The notes under the pieces were generated by a model. It ran no database searches and was not told the origin of the DNA. It saw nothing but the letters and a program-made list of their open reading frames with translations. 64,000 bases of DNA from an uncultured Verrucomicrobiae bacterium (GTDB lineage Bacteria > Verrucomicrobiota > Verrucomicrobiia > Opitutales > JABDGR01): positions 64,001-128,000 of the forward strand of contig CAVXVB010000004.1 of the NCBI GenBank assembly GCA_963765205.1, given 5' to 3'. Below, in pieces: positions 44,052 to 54,135 of the stretch. The translations under genes and the position numbers were made by a program. How positions within the stretch are numbered: position 1 is the first letter of the stretch; every line of letters begins with the position of its first letter.

Positions 44052-44222
44052 ATTTAACCCATTCGGCGCAAACACGCTCATACATTCCCATCATTCCCAG
44101 AAAAATCCTATGCTTCCCATCTATCGGGATCGGGATTATTTTTGCGCGGCTTTTTCATTCTCGGTTTTCGTGCCTAATTTCCTAGATTGCGCCCCGTCCG
44201 CTTTTGGGCAATCTTTTCCCGC

Positions 44223-44681
44223 ATGAAACGCACCCGGAAAAAAATCAGCGGCCTGACCCTGCTAGGACACTCGGAGGCCGCCGTGCCGCGGTCGCCCCGC
44301 CGCGCGCGGCTCGAGACGTTTCCGAACCCGAACTCCAAGCGCGATTACTGGATTCACCTCGACTGCCCCGATTTCACCTCGCTCTGCCCGGTGACGGGCC
44401 AGCCGGACTTCGCGCGCATTACCATTGATTACGTGCCGGACCAGGCCTGCCTCGAAACCAAGGCGCTGAAATTTTACCTCAACTCGTTCCGCAACGAACC
44501 GGCCTTCAACGAGGCGGTCATCAACCGCATCCTCGGCGACCTCGTGCGCGCCTGCCGGCCGCGCGTGCTCAAAATCGAGGGCAAATTCGCCGCGCGCGGC
44601 GGCCTCGCGCTCGCGGTCGTGGCCGAATTTCCCTCGGCGGGTGCCGCTGCCGGCGCGCCGAAAATGTGGCGCTTCAAATGA
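44223..44681 (+). CDS. queF: PreQ1 synthase (type I QueF)
   Basis: FTSLCPVTGQPDFA, QueF motif ETKALKFY, RGG. Confidence 0.92.
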   Translation: MKRTRKKISGLTLLGHSEAAVPRSPRRARLETFPNPNSKRDYWIHLDCPDFTSLCPVTGQPDFARITIDYVPDQACLETKALKFYLNSFRNEPAFNEAVINRILGDLVRACRPRVLKIEGKFAARGGLALAVVAEFPSAGAAAGAPKMWRFK

Positions 44682-45364
44682 AGACCGTGGTGCTGCTCAG
44701 CGGCGGAATGGACTCGACCGCCGCGCTTTACGAGGCCCGCGCGCGGCACGAGGTCGCCGCCGCGCTCAGTTTCGATTACGGCTCGAAGCACAATCACAAA
44801 GAAATCCCCTGCGCGGCGTGGCACTGCCGGAAATTGCAAATCCCGCACCAGGTCATCGCGCTGGATTTCGTGCCCGCGCTGTTTGCGTCCGCGCTGCTCA
44901 AGTCCGGCGGCGATATTCCCGACGGCCATTACGAGGAGGCGACAATGAAGCAGACGGTCGTGCCGTTCCGCAACGGCATCATGCTCGCCATCGCGGCGGG
45001 CTATGCGGAGTCCCTCGGCGCGCAGGGGCTGGTCATCGCGGCGCACGCGGGCGACCACGCGATTTATCCCGATTGCCGCGAGGCGTTCATGCAGGCGATG
45101 GCCGACGCGATGCGCCTGGGCACCTACGCGGGCATCGAATTGTTGCGTCCATTTATAAATTTCACCAAGGCGCAAATCGCCGCGCGCGGCCACGAACTCG
45201 GCGTGGATTTTTCGCAAACCTGGTCCTGCTACAAAGGCGGCGAAGTTCATTGTGGAACCTGCGGCACCTGCGTCGAGCGCCGCGAGGCCTTCCTCCTCGC
45301 GCACCTCCCCGACCCGACGGTTTACGCCAGCACCGCGCCGTTGCCGAAAAGGCCCATAATTTAG
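44678..45364 (+). CDS. queC: 7-cyano-7-deazaguanine synthase
   Basis: SGGMDS, VPFRN, YPDCR, TWSCY...CGTCGTC. Confidence 0.96.
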   Translation: MKTVVLLSGGMDSTAALYEARARHEVAAALSFDYGSKHNHKEIPCAAWHCRKLQIPHQVIALDFVPALFASALLKSGGDIPDGHYEEATMKQTVVPFRNGIMLAIAAGYAESLGAQGLVIAAHAGDHAIYPDCREAFMQAMADAMRLGTYAGIELLRPFINFTKAQIAARGHELGVDFSQTWSCYKGGEVHCGTCGTCVERREAFLLAHLPDPTVYASTAPLPKRPII

Positions 45365-45421
45365 CGGCAAAAGCATGGAAAATTATCGCATCAATACTAT
45401 CAGTTGCATCATATATTCACT

Positions 45422-45790
45422 ATGAGCTTCCTTTCTTTTCTTTCAGGATTTTCTCGCCCCAAAACTGTTGAGGGCGGTTTATATTACTTTAAAGACAAGA
45501 ATGGAGCCTATGTGATTCTAAAAATTCTAAAGATCGACGAAAAAGGCGTTCATGTCAGGCAATACAGCAATCAATTCGAAAAACCACCGAAAAAAGTGGA
45601 TGAAGCGTTGCTTTATATGGCTGGGTTTAACCGCAAGCCAAACGAAGCCCTTGGTATGGGGCATATCCCACTTGCAAAGCAAAGTTTTGAAAAATGGCAG
45701 ATAGTTTACATTCAGCAATCAACTGTTAAAGATGAAGAACTTGAGGGCTATAAGATATGGCAGGAGAACAACGGTGGTTATTTTAATTAG
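45422..45790 (+). CDS. AT-rich hypothetical protein inserted in the que cluster
   Basis: 122-aa ORF, KILKIDEKGVHVR...MGHIPL...EELEGY..W; sharp GC drop. Confidence 0.75.
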   Translation: MSFLSFLSGFSRPKTVEGGLYYFKDKNGAYVILKILKIDEKGVHVRQYSNQFEKPPKKVDEALLYMAGFNRKPNEALGMGHIPLAKQSFEKWQIVYIQQSTVKDEELEGYKIWQENNGGYFN

Positions 45791-45839
45791 CCTGCGCTGC
45801 CAATGTATAGACAAGTGATTGGCTACAATGCTTTCAGCC

Positions 45840-46532
45840 ATGTTCATCTCCGAAATTTTTCATTCAATTCAAGGCGAGGGCGGGCTGACCGGCACGCCGT
45901 CGGTGTTCGTGCGCGCGTCGGGCTGCAACTTGCGCTGCAATTGGTGCGACACGCCATATGCTTCGTGGCGGCCCGAGGGCGCCGAAATGTCCGTCGCGGA
46001 GATTTTGCACGCGGTAGAGAAATTTCCCGCGCGGCACGTCGTGTTGACGGGTGGCGAGCCGATGGTGGCGAAGGACATCCGCGCGCTCGCGGCGGCATTG
46101 CGCGAAACGGGCCGGCACATTACCATCGAAACCGCGGCGACGATTTTGCCCGACGGCATCGCGTGCGACCTGGCCTCGCTCAGCCCGAAACTGAAAAATT
46201 CAGCGCCGGATGCCGAATTGTTCGGGGCCTGGCGCAAACGGCACGAAAAACTGCGCTGGCAGCCGGACGTCGTCCGCGCCTGGATGGAAAATTATCCATT
46301 CCAGTTGAAGTTCGTGGTGGCGGACGCGAACGACGTGGCGGAAATCCAGTTGCTTTTGCGCGCGCTCGGCGGGAAGATTCCGCCCGAAAAAGTCCTGCTC
46401 ATGCCCGAAGGCGTCACTCTTGAGGCGTTGCGCGCGCGCGAGCCGGCGCTCGTCGAGTTGTGCAAAACGCACGGCTTCCGCTACTGCCACCGCCTCCACA
46501 TCGAACTCTTCGGCAACACGCGCGGGACTTAA
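45840..46532 (+). CDS. queE: 7-carboxy-7-deazaguanine synthase (radical SAM)
   Basis: EIFHSIQGEG, CNLRCNWCDT, TGGEP, SPKL. Confidence 0.95.
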   Translation: MFISEIFHSIQGEGGLTGTPSVFVRASGCNLRCNWCDTPYASWRPEGAEMSVAEILHAVEKFPARHVVLTGGEPMVAKDIRALAAALRETGRHITIETAATILPDGIACDLASLSPKLKNSAPDAELFGAWRKRHEKLRWQPDVVRAWMENYPFQLKFVVADANDVAEIQLLLRALGGKIPPEKVLLMPEGVTLEALRAREPALVELCKTHGFRYCHRLHIELFGNTRGT

Positions 46533-46555
46533 TTTCAATTTCAAATCAAAAAAAC

Positions 46556-46582
46556 AGGGCCGTCGCAAGCGACGCCCCTACA
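46556..46582 (-). repeat. Single GTAG-type REP
   Basis: Minus strand tgtaggggcgtcgcttgcgacggccct. Confidence 0.6.
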
Positions 46583-46682
46583 GTCATTTGCACCAAGCAC
46601 TAAAACACCCTTCGCCTTCGCTCAGGGTCACTCCCGCCGGGAAGCCGGCTGGGTGACCAAGCACCAGAACACTTTTCTTCCC

Positions 46683-47138
46683 ATGCCCTACCGCATCTGC
46701 AAAATTTTTGAAATCGAGAGCGGCCACATGCTCTCAAAGCACCCGGACTTGTGCAAATACCCGCACGGGCACTCGCGCAAGGTCGAGGTCGTGGTTGAGG
46801 CCGCGGAGCTTGATAAGAACGAGATGGTTTGCGATTTCAAGGCGCTCAAGGACGCGCTGTGGGGGTATCTCAAAAGCTTTGACCACGCGCTGTGCGTGAA
46901 CACACGCGACCAGCAATTCGCCATGCTCCAGGCGGCTTACGGCGCGCAAATCATCGCCTTCGAGAACGAGGACCCGACCACGGAAGTGCTCGCGCGGGCA
47001 ATTTTCACCGAGGCGAAAAAGCGCCTCGCCGCCTACGCCGCCGACCCGCACGCGCCCTATCCCATCGCGCATCCGGTGCGACTGGTTAGCGTGCGCGTTT
47101 GGGAAACCAGCAGCTCGTGGGCGGAATATGTGGAGTGA
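46683..47138 (+). CDS. queD: 6-carboxytetrahydropterin synthase
   Basis: H.L..HP..C..PHGH, MVCDF, FDH, PTTE, VWET. Confidence 0.92.
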   Translation: MPYRICKIFEIESGHMLSKHPDLCKYPHGHSRKVEVVVEAAELDKNEMVCDFKALKDALWGYLKSFDHALCVNTRDQQFAMLQAAYGAQIIAFENEDPTTEVLARAIFTEAKKRLAAYAADPHAPYPIAHPVRLVSVRVWETSSSWAEYVE

Positions 47139-47417
47139 AGTTTGGGATTTTGCGCATCTGCCAAACGGGAACCATCCTAACGTTCAACGCTCAACATTTA
47201 ACGCTCAACGCTCAAGTTTGGCGAGGGCACAAGGCTTTCGACCTGTCAGGTTGAACGTTGAGCGTTAAAAGTTAAATGTTGAGCGTTTGCTGCACCCACC
47301 CACGCCGAAGCTGCTCCCAGTCCGCTTTTTCCATCTTCCTTTTTCCGTTTTCCATCCCGTATATCGCCCTTGACCCCGCGGCGGGTTCGCGTTACGCCAG
47401 AAGCCACCCTTTTTTGC

Positions 47418-47549
47418 ATGAGCCAACAATATAACAAAGTCATCAAACGCAAGCGCCGGCTTGCCTATGTCAAACGCCGCAAAGCCGCCCTCAAGGCCGC
47501 CGCGGCGGCCGCGAAAGCGGCCAAATCCTCGAAGAAGGACAAATCCTGA
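47418..47549 (+). CDS. 43-aa highly basic small protein (not in ORF track)
   Basis: MSQQYNKVIKRKRRLAYVKRRKAALKAAAAAAKAAKSSKKDKS*; host-like codons; TTGACC-17-TACGCC upstream. Confidence 0.75.
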   Translation: MSQQYNKVIKRKRRLAYVKRRKAALKAAAAAAKAAKSSKKDKS

Positions 47550-47581
47550 GCGGGCGCACCGCCCGCCCGGCTTCAAGCATC

Positions 47582-48181
47582 ATGCGCAACCTTCCGCCAT
47601 CGCGGGTTTGGGCGCGGGCCGTGCTGGCCGCGGGCCTGGGCTTGCTGGCGGGTTGTTCGTCGCCGCCCGCGAGCGCCACCCGCGCGCCGTCGGGCACGAG
47701 CACGGAGGGCGTGGTCATTGCCCATGTGGACCAGCGCTACATCCCGGACGCGGATTTCCGGCGCATTTCAGAATATTTTACGGGCCGGGAAAACACAAGC
47801 GGCCGCCTGATCGAGCGCACCGACCCGCAGCAGCGCGCGGGCTATTATTTCATCCTCAGTCTGGAATGGCACCCGCACACGACGCTGTCCGCCGGCACCC
47901 AGGCCGACCTCGATTACATCCTCAAGGGCGACCCGCAGCCGCGCCACGCGCACTTCGTTTTTTCCGCGCCCACCGGCACTTTCCACGAAATCCTGCTCGG
48001 CCTGACCGGCACGAATTGGACCGACCAGAACGCGACCATGGTCGCCTGGAAAGTGGCGCTCGAAGACGCCGCCGGCGCGGTGCTGGCGACCCAGCAAAGC
48101 TTTTTGTGGAGTTTGCCGGTGAGCGCAGCGGCGCCCGTCGTGGCCGCCGCGACCGCGGAGCCGGCGAAGCCCAACCCGTGA
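47582..48181 (+). CDS. Hypothetical lipoprotein
   Basis: Lipobox LLAGC; RISEYFTGRE, SFLW. Confidence 0.8.
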   Translation: MRNLPPSRVWARAVLAAGLGLLAGCSSPPASATRAPSGTSTEGVVIAHVDQRYIPDADFRRISEYFTGRENTSGRLIERTDPQQRAGYYFILSLEWHPHTTLSAGTQADLDYILKGDPQPRHAHFVFSAPTGTFHEILLGLTGTNWTDQNATMVAWKVALEDAAGAVLATQQSFLWSLPVSAAAPVVAAATAEPAKPNP

Positions 48182-49125
48182 GCGCAGCGATTTCCCAGGC
48201 TCTGCCCGTGAAAAAGTCCGCGGCCCGCACCGGCTCAACGACGAGCGCATGGCGGCCCTGGCAACCCACCGCGCGCCCGGTGAAAATCAGCGCGGCGGCG
48301 CTGGCGGAAACCTTGGGCGGCGGCCAGGCCTTTCGCTGGCGACGCGCTCACGATGCAGGCGAGGGGGAAGTCTGGCAGGGCGTCTGGGGCCGGTGCGTGG
48401 CGCGGGTGCGCGCGGGGTGGGAGAATATTTTGGAATGGTCGTGCCCCGTGGAAATGGAAAATTTTTCCCCCGCCGCGCTCGAACATTATTTCGCCGTGGA
48501 TTTGGATTTTGAAAATCTCGCGGACCAATTACCCTGGCGCACGGACGCCGCGCTGGCGGCGCGGCTGCGCGACTGGTGCGGGCTGCGCCTGCTGCGCCAA
48601 CCAACCGGCGAGGCGCTGCTGGCCTTTTTGTGCAGCAGCGCGAAGCAGATTCCCCACATCGCGCAGCTTTGCGAAAACCTGGCCGCGCAGTTTGGCGAGC
48701 CGCTGTGGGGCGGCGTGCGTGCGCTGCCGTCGTGGGCGCGGCTGGCGGAAGTTTCCGAGGACGAATTGCGTGCCTGCCGCCTCGGCTACCGCGCCGGCTT
48801 CATCCACCAGACAGCCCGGCGTTTAATGAACGAGCCGGGTTGGGAGGCGAAAATCAAAAACGCGCCCTATGCGGACGCGCACACCTGGCTGGCCGAGCTG
48901 CCGGGCGTCGGCCCGAAGATTGCCGATTGCGTGCTGCTCTTTGGCGCGGCCCGTTTCGAGGCCTTTCCCGTGGACACCTGGATTCTGCGCGCCATGGCGG
49001 AGCGCTACGGCCTGCGCGGCTGGCGGCCTGCGCAAGTCGCGCACTTTGGCCGTGCCCACTTCGGCCCCCTCGCCGGCCTCGCCCAACAATTTTTGTTTTC
49101 GGGCGAACGAAAGGGAGGAGAATAA
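48178..49125 (+). CDS. ogg: 8-oxoguanine DNA glycosylase (OGG_N + HhH-GPD)
   Basis: GGGQAFRW, GLRLLRQ, LGYRA, LPGVGPKIADC...FPVDTW. Confidence 0.88.
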   Translation: MSAAISQALPVKKSAARTGSTTSAWRPWQPTARPVKISAAALAETLGGGQAFRWRRAHDAGEGEVWQGVWGRCVARVRAGWENILEWSCPVEMENFSPAALEHYFAVDLDFENLADQLPWRTDAALAARLRDWCGLRLLRQPTGEALLAFLCSSAKQIPHIAQLCENLAAQFGEPLWGGVRALPSWARLAEVSEDELRACRLGYRAGFIHQTARRLMNEPGWEAKIKNAPYADAHTWLAELPGVGPKIADCVLLFGAARFEAFPVDTWILRAMAERYGLRGWRPAQVAHFGRAHFGPLAGLAQQFLFSGERKGGE

Positions 49126-49128
49126 GCC

Positions 49129-50838
49129 ATGGCCGCGAAACTCTCGACAAATGATTTTTTCCTCTGGCCGCCGCCAAAATTTTTGGAGCGGACGCGCGGG
49201 ACACAGCGCATCCCGAAAGCGGGGCCGAAAATTTTCCCGACCATCAACCCGTCCTTCGCGCCCGAGGCGTATGAGTTGGAAATCACGACGCGGTTTTCTT
49301 CGATTGTCGCGGGCAGCGCGCGCGGCGTTGAACATGCGTTGCGGACTTTGGACCAGTTGCGCCTGCAAGGCGGCGGCGTGCTGCCGTGCCTGCGCATCGA
49401 AGACGCGCCGGACTTCGCTGTGCGCGGCTTCATGCTCGATATCAGCCGCGGCAAAGTGCCGACCGGCGAGAGTCTGCGCACACTCGTCCGGCAACTCGCC
49501 TCGCTCAAATATAACCACCTGCAGTTCTACACCGAACACACCTTTGCGTTTCGCGGGCACGAACAGGTTTGGCGCGACGCCGACCCGCTGACAGCGGAGG
49601 AAATCACGAAGCTGCAAAAGTTGTGCGACGAAAACCACCTCGAACTATCGGCCAACTTCAATTCCTTCGGGCATTTCGAGCGCTGGCTGAAACATCCGCG
49701 CTATCGGCGGCTCGCCGAATGTCCGCGCGGCTTCCGCCACCCACTCAAAGGCAAGGTGCCGCATGGCACCACCTTGCGACCAGATGCCGCCAGTCTGAAG
49801 TTCCTTGATTCACTCTGGAAGGAGTATCTGCCGCTGTTTGAGTCGCGTCGCTTCAACCTTGGCGGCGACGAGCCGTGGGAACTCGGCCAGGGCTGGAGCC
49901 AGCCGCTCGTGAAAAAACTGGGCAAACACCGCGTATATTTGGATTTTTTGAAAAAATTGCACCAGCTCGCGGCTCAACACGGCAAGGAGATGTTGTTCTG
50001 GGGCGACATTTTGTTGGAAGCGCCGGAATTGATCGCCGAAGTGCCGGCGGATGCAACCGCGCTGCTCTGGGGCTACGAGGCCGCCCATCCGTTTGCGGAG
50101 CAGTGCGCGCGCCTCGCGGCGGCGCGGCGGAAATTCTGGGTCTGCCCCGGTTGTTCCACGTGGAACAGCTTCACCGGGCGCACGGACAACATGCTGGCCA
50201 ATATCGAAAGCGCGGCGCGGCATGGGCGCGCCCACGGCGCGGAGGGCCTGTTGCTCACGGCCTGGGGCGACGGCGGCAACCACCAGCCCTGGCCCACCAT
50301 GTATCCCGGCATCGCCTATGCGGCGGGGCAGGCGTGGAATCAAAATGGCGCAAAACGCGCGGACGCGGCCCGCGCGGTGAACCTCGCCTTCAGCCAAAGC
50401 GCGCATTCCGGCTACGGCGAAACACTCCTCGAACTGGGCCGCGTCGAAAACGCGATCGCCCATCCCCTGCCCAACCGCAGCCGGCATTATAATTTGTTCT
50501 TTGCCTCGCGCAAGGAATTGAAAAAGGAGCTGGCGACTCTGTCCACCGCCGAATTGGAAAAAGTGGCCGCCGCGCTCGCGCGGGTGAAGGCGAAATTAAT
50601 CCGGCGCGGCGAGAAGTTCCTCTGGGAATTCGGCGCGCTCGGCGAATTGGAACTCGGCGCGGACCTGGCGGCCTGGGCCGTCCGCCGCGCGCAATTGGCC
50701 AAAGCCGGACAACGCGCGCGAGTGCTGCGGGCTGAATTGCCGGAACTTATTGAACGTTTTGTCAACGCCTGGGCCAACCGCGCCCGCGAAGGCGGCCTGC
50801 GCGAAGCCGTCGCGCGCCTGGCGGCGGTGGGCCGATGA
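49129..50838 (+). CDS. GH20 beta-N-acetylhexosaminidase-like protein
   Basis: RGFMLDISR, YNHLQFYTE, FGH, NLGGDE. Confidence 0.88.
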   Translation: MAAKLSTNDFFLWPPPKFLERTRGTQRIPKAGPKIFPTINPSFAPEAYELEITTRFSSIVAGSARGVEHALRTLDQLRLQGGGVLPCLRIEDAPDFAVRGFMLDISRGKVPTGESLRTLVRQLASLKYNHLQFYTEHTFAFRGHEQVWRDADPLTAEEITKLQKLCDENHLELSANFNSFGHFERWLKHPRYRRLAECPRGFRHPLKGKVPHGTTLRPDAASLKFLDSLWKEYLPLFESRRFNLGGDEPWELGQGWSQPLVKKLGKHRVYLDFLKKLHQLAAQHGKEMLFWGDILLEAPELIAEVPADATALLWGYEAAHPFAEQCARLAAARRKFWVCPGCSTWNSFTGRTDNMLANIESAARHGRAHGAEGLLLTAWGDGGNHQPWPTMYPGIAYAAGQAWNQNGAKRADAARAVNLAFSQSAHSGYGETLLELGRVENAIAHPLPNRSRHYNLFFASRKELKKELATLSTAELEKVAAALARVKAKLIRRGEKFLWEFGALGELELGADLAAWAVRRAQLAKAGQRARVLRAELPELIERFVNAWANRAREGGLREAVARLAAVGR

Positions 50839-50879
50839 TCGGGCCGCCGTTCTCGGTATTGCACTTGCGCCCTGCTTCC

Positions 50880-51662
50880 CTACGGCGCTCGCAACGCCGC
50901 GGCCACGGCGGCGGCCAGGTCCTTCGCCGGCGGGTTTTTGCTGAGGATGACGCCGTGGCGGTCCAGCAGGTAATCTTGCGGGACGTAGCGCACACCGAAT
51001 TTCACCGCCAGCGCGCTGTTCCACCAGTTGCCGTCGTAGGCTTGCGGCCACACCATTCCCCGCTCGCGCAGGCCGGTGGCGAACGTCTCCTTGTCTTGCA
51101 TTTCGAGGCCCACGCCGAGGATGTCAAAGCCCGCGTCGTGATTTTGGTCGTAGGCCGCCTGCACCCCCGGCAAATCCGCGTTGCACGGCCGGCACCAGGT
51201 GGCCCAAAAATCCACCAGCACCACCTTGCCTTGGTAATCGGACAGGGTGCGCTTGACGCCGTCGAGGTCCGTAAACGAAAAATCGGGAAACTTCGCGCCT
51301 TTGACTAGCGACCGGTTCAGCGCCTCGCCCGCCGCCTGCTCCGCCGCCGAGGGCGTGGTGTGCATCATTTTTATGCTCGCGGAACCCATTTGCAACAAGA
51401 TCGGACCGTAGAGGATGCTCACGATGATGGCCAGCGAGAGGCCGCAAAGGGACAGCATCAAACCGATCAAGGCCCGGCCGAGGCGCGTGGAATTCGAACC
51501 GAGGCCGAGGCAGGAAAGCACCACGCCGATGAGGGCCACCACCACCCCAACCCCGGGAATGAGCCACGCCCCGAGCGAGCTAACGCCCCAGGCCAAACTG
51601 GCGTTCACCAGACCGTTCGAATCCTTCACCGGCTTCGGTGATGATGGGACAGCGGAGTTCAT
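50880..51662 (-). CDS. TlpA-like thioredoxin with N-terminal two-TM (DUF4190-like) region
   Basis: VDFWATWCRPC, LLDRHG; N-terminal TMs. Confidence 0.88.
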   Translation of the reverse strand: MNSAVPSSPKPVKDSNGLVNASLAWGVSSLGAWLIPGVGVVVALIGVVLSCLGLGSNSTRLGRALIGLMLSLCGLSLAIIVSILYGPILLQMGSASIKMMHTTPSAAEQAAGEALNRSLVKGAKFPDFSFTDLDGVKRTLSDYQGKVVLVDFWATWCRPCNADLPGVQAAYDQNHDAGFDILGVGLEMQDKETFATGLRERGMVWPQAYDGNWWNSALAVKFGVRYVPQDYLLDRHGVILSKNPPAKDLAAAVAAALRAP

Positions 51663-51772
51663 GTATATTGAATGACGCCACCCACCTCTCAAACGGAACA
51701 CGATAGATTTGCCAATTTAATCGGCTGGTCTCAGCCGGAAAACGCTCGGCTGAGCCGCTGATGGCCAATGGA

Positions 51773-52514
51773 TCAAGCGGCGGCGAGACCGCGGGGTCGC
51801 AGGTCGTCTTCGTCCGCCGATTTCAACTTCTTGCGCAGGCGGAGGCAGTGGAGGCTGCCCGAGATGGCGAGCAGGAGCCAAGCCAGCGCAATCGGGAGCT
51901 GGGAAACATAGCGCACCGACTGCTCATCGGGCGGTGAATGCCAAAAGGCCACGGAGCCACAAATCGCCAGCGACAAGATGCCCACATTTATCCAGTGGCC
52001 GACCGTCAGCAAAATAATCCGCCGCCGAAATCCTTAAATTGGGTTTCCGCCGGGCCAGCACATGGATGCCGATGGCGAGGGGAACACTGATCAGCAGGAG
52101 GGAAGCGGCCACCGTCTCGTAAAGCAGAAAAGCCCGGTAATCCATCGTGAACAAATCCCGGGGCTTGGGCAGAAAAAGGGTGAAGGTAAGCCAGAGTTGC
52201 AGGAAAATCATCAAGAAGGGGTTCCGACATCCACAGCTCGTCCAGAGGGTCGCCAGGCGGGCGTCCTCGTCGGTCAGGTGCTCCCGGCCAAAGCGCCGGG
52301 CGGCGGCCGGGGCGTTGCCCAAATCCGTGAGGGCGGCGGCTTGGGCGGCGGGTTCGCTCAAACCTTTGACCAAATGCGCCTGCACAGCTTCGGCGTAATG
52401 CGCCTCGATTTCCTGTCGCACGCGCGCCTGCGCCGACGGCACGAGAGAGCCGGTGGCTTGTTCCAGCCATTCGGCAACATTGGTTGGCTTCGGTCTGGGC
52501 AGGCCCAAGATCAT
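51773..52514 (-). CDS. HAAS/permease-prefix-like membrane protein D (frameshift near 52030)
   Basis: EWLEQATGSLVPSAQARVRQEIEAHY...; C-tail LRLRKKLKSADED in the second frame. Confidence 0.75.
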
Positions 52515-52579
52515 GACACATGCTGGAGGTAAATGGTTTTTGCGCGGCGGGTGGGAAAGTGCGACTCAAATCCAAGTGA

Positions 52580-53281
52580 TTAAGCGCGCGCGGGATCGCC
52601 CGGCGGCAGGGCCTCGTTGCCGGCGGATTGCAGTTTCCGTCGAAGGCGGAGGAAATAATAGGTGCTGGGAGCAGCAACAACGAAGAGAATTAATATATTC
52701 AATCCATGGGACGACTCCCAAGGATCGATTAAAAAGCAGGCATACATCATGAGCCAACTAACATAGTTCATAAAAACGAGCTGACCCCGAATAGCCGGGG
52801 TAATTTTTAGTCCGGCCAGGATATAAGCGGCGACCCTGGTCGTAACGACAATGACCATAATCAGAAACATGGACACCGTCGGGCACCAGTAAACCCAACC
52901 GGGGGCAATGCCAAAAAATACGCCTATTGAATCCAAGGTTAACCAATACATGACGAGGATGAGCAAACTTATAAACCCCCAGGGGACAATATCTCGGGAA
53001 GCGTCGTTTACAATTTTGGTGACTATCTCGGCATCTGTTTTTGTCAGATAGTTCCGGCCCAAACGCCGGGCGGCGGCTTTGGCATCGCCCAAGTCAGCCA
53101 GCGCCGCCGCTTGCGCTGCGGGTTCCGTCGCGCCGGCGGCCATGTGCGATTGCACTGCCTCGGCGTAATGCGCTTCGATTTCCGACCGCACGCGCGCTTG
53201 CGCCGACGGCACCAGTTTCCCCGTGGCAATTTCGAGCCACTCGGAGAGGGTTTGCGCGGTGCGTTGGCGAAAGAAATTCAT
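52580..53281 (-). CDS. HAAS/permease-prefix-like membrane protein C
   Basis: Same N-domain, 4 TMs, tail LRLRRKLQSAGNEALPP. Confidence 0.82.
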   Translation of the reverse strand: MNFFRQRTAQTLSEWLEIATGKLVPSAQARVRSEIEAHYAEAVQSHMAAGATEPAAQAAALADLGDAKAAARRLGRNYLTKTDAEIVTKIVNDASRDIVPWGFISLLILVMYWLTLDSIGVFFGIAPGWVYWCPTVSMFLIMVIVVTTRVAAYILAGLKITPAIRGQLVFMNYVSWLMMYACFLIDPWESSHGLNILILFVVAAPSTYYFLRLRRKLQSAGNEALPPGDPARA

Positions 53282-53291
53282 GGCGAATCGG

Positions 53292-54086
53292 TTAAGCTGC
53301 GGCTGGATCGCGCGGCGGCAGGGCCTCGTCGCCGGCGGATTGCAGTTTTTTGCGCAGGCGAAGTAAATTGAGGGCTTGGCTGCCCATCACGAATACCATT
53401 ATCCAGGCCGGCCCGTGTGAAAATACCCAGCCCCAAAAATGGAACCCGGACAAGTGGCCGTTCATGGATCGGCGCAGGGCGTCGGAGGTGAAGACGGCGG
53501 GGTAAAGAGCGCCGATAATAAAGCATTCCACGGCCCGGAACAAAATGATTTGCCGCGGCTGGGCGGGGGCGTTTTTTCCTCCGGCTGCAACATAAACGGC
53601 GCGCCGGACCAGGATCTCCGCCAGCAGCAGCAAAAACAAAACTTCGATCAAAAACAGCGCGGCGACGTTGTCCATCGGCGGGTAGAGCCAAAACATCACG
53701 GATTCCAAGACCGCCATAAAGAGAATAACCGAACACAGAAACACCCCTAAAAAAACACTTCGGCCCATATTGATGCTCCGGGCGACTTCCGTGGCGTCTT
53801 TTTCGGTCAGATGCTCCCGGCGAAAGCGCCGGGCGGCGGCGTGCGCATCACCCAAATCCGCCAGAGCCGCCGCCTGCGCCGCGGGTTCGGACGCGCCGCC
53901 GGCCAGATGGGCTTTGATGGCCTCGGTGTAATGCGCCTCGATTTCCGCGCGGATGCGCGCCTCGGCCGCCGGCACAAGATACCAGGTGGCCGTCTCCAGC
54001 CACTCGGCCAGGTTGCGCGGCTTTTGCCGACCCAAGGGTGGCTTGGGCTTGAGTAGGGGCGGTTTGGGTTTGGGCAAGAAGTTCAT
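53292..54086 (-). CDS. HAAS/permease-prefix-like membrane protein B
   Basis: Same N-domain, 4 TMs, tail LRLRKKLQSAGDEALPP. Confidence 0.82.
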   Translation of the reverse strand: MNFLPKPKPPLLKPKPPLGRQKPRNLAEWLETATWYLVPAAEARIRAEIEAHYTEAIKAHLAGGASEPAAQAAALADLGDAHAAARRFRREHLTEKDATEVARSINMGRSVFLGVFLCSVILFMAVLESVMFWLYPPMDNVAALFLIEVLFLLLLAEILVRRAVYVAAGGKNAPAQPRQIILFRAVECFIIGALYPAVFTSDALRRSMNGHLSGFHFWGWVFSHGPAWIMVFVMGSQALNLLRLRKKLQSAGDEALPPRDPAAA

Positions 54087-54135
54087 GTGGCCTCCGGAAG
54101 GAATAAATTTTGGGCGGCGGGTTCGCGAAAGAAAT

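Noticed and set aside
44052..44222. PreQ1 riboswitch upstream of queF
   Set aside because: No recognisable stem with A-rich pseudoknot tail; the region holds a 9-mer repeat and a promoter-like motif close to the ATG
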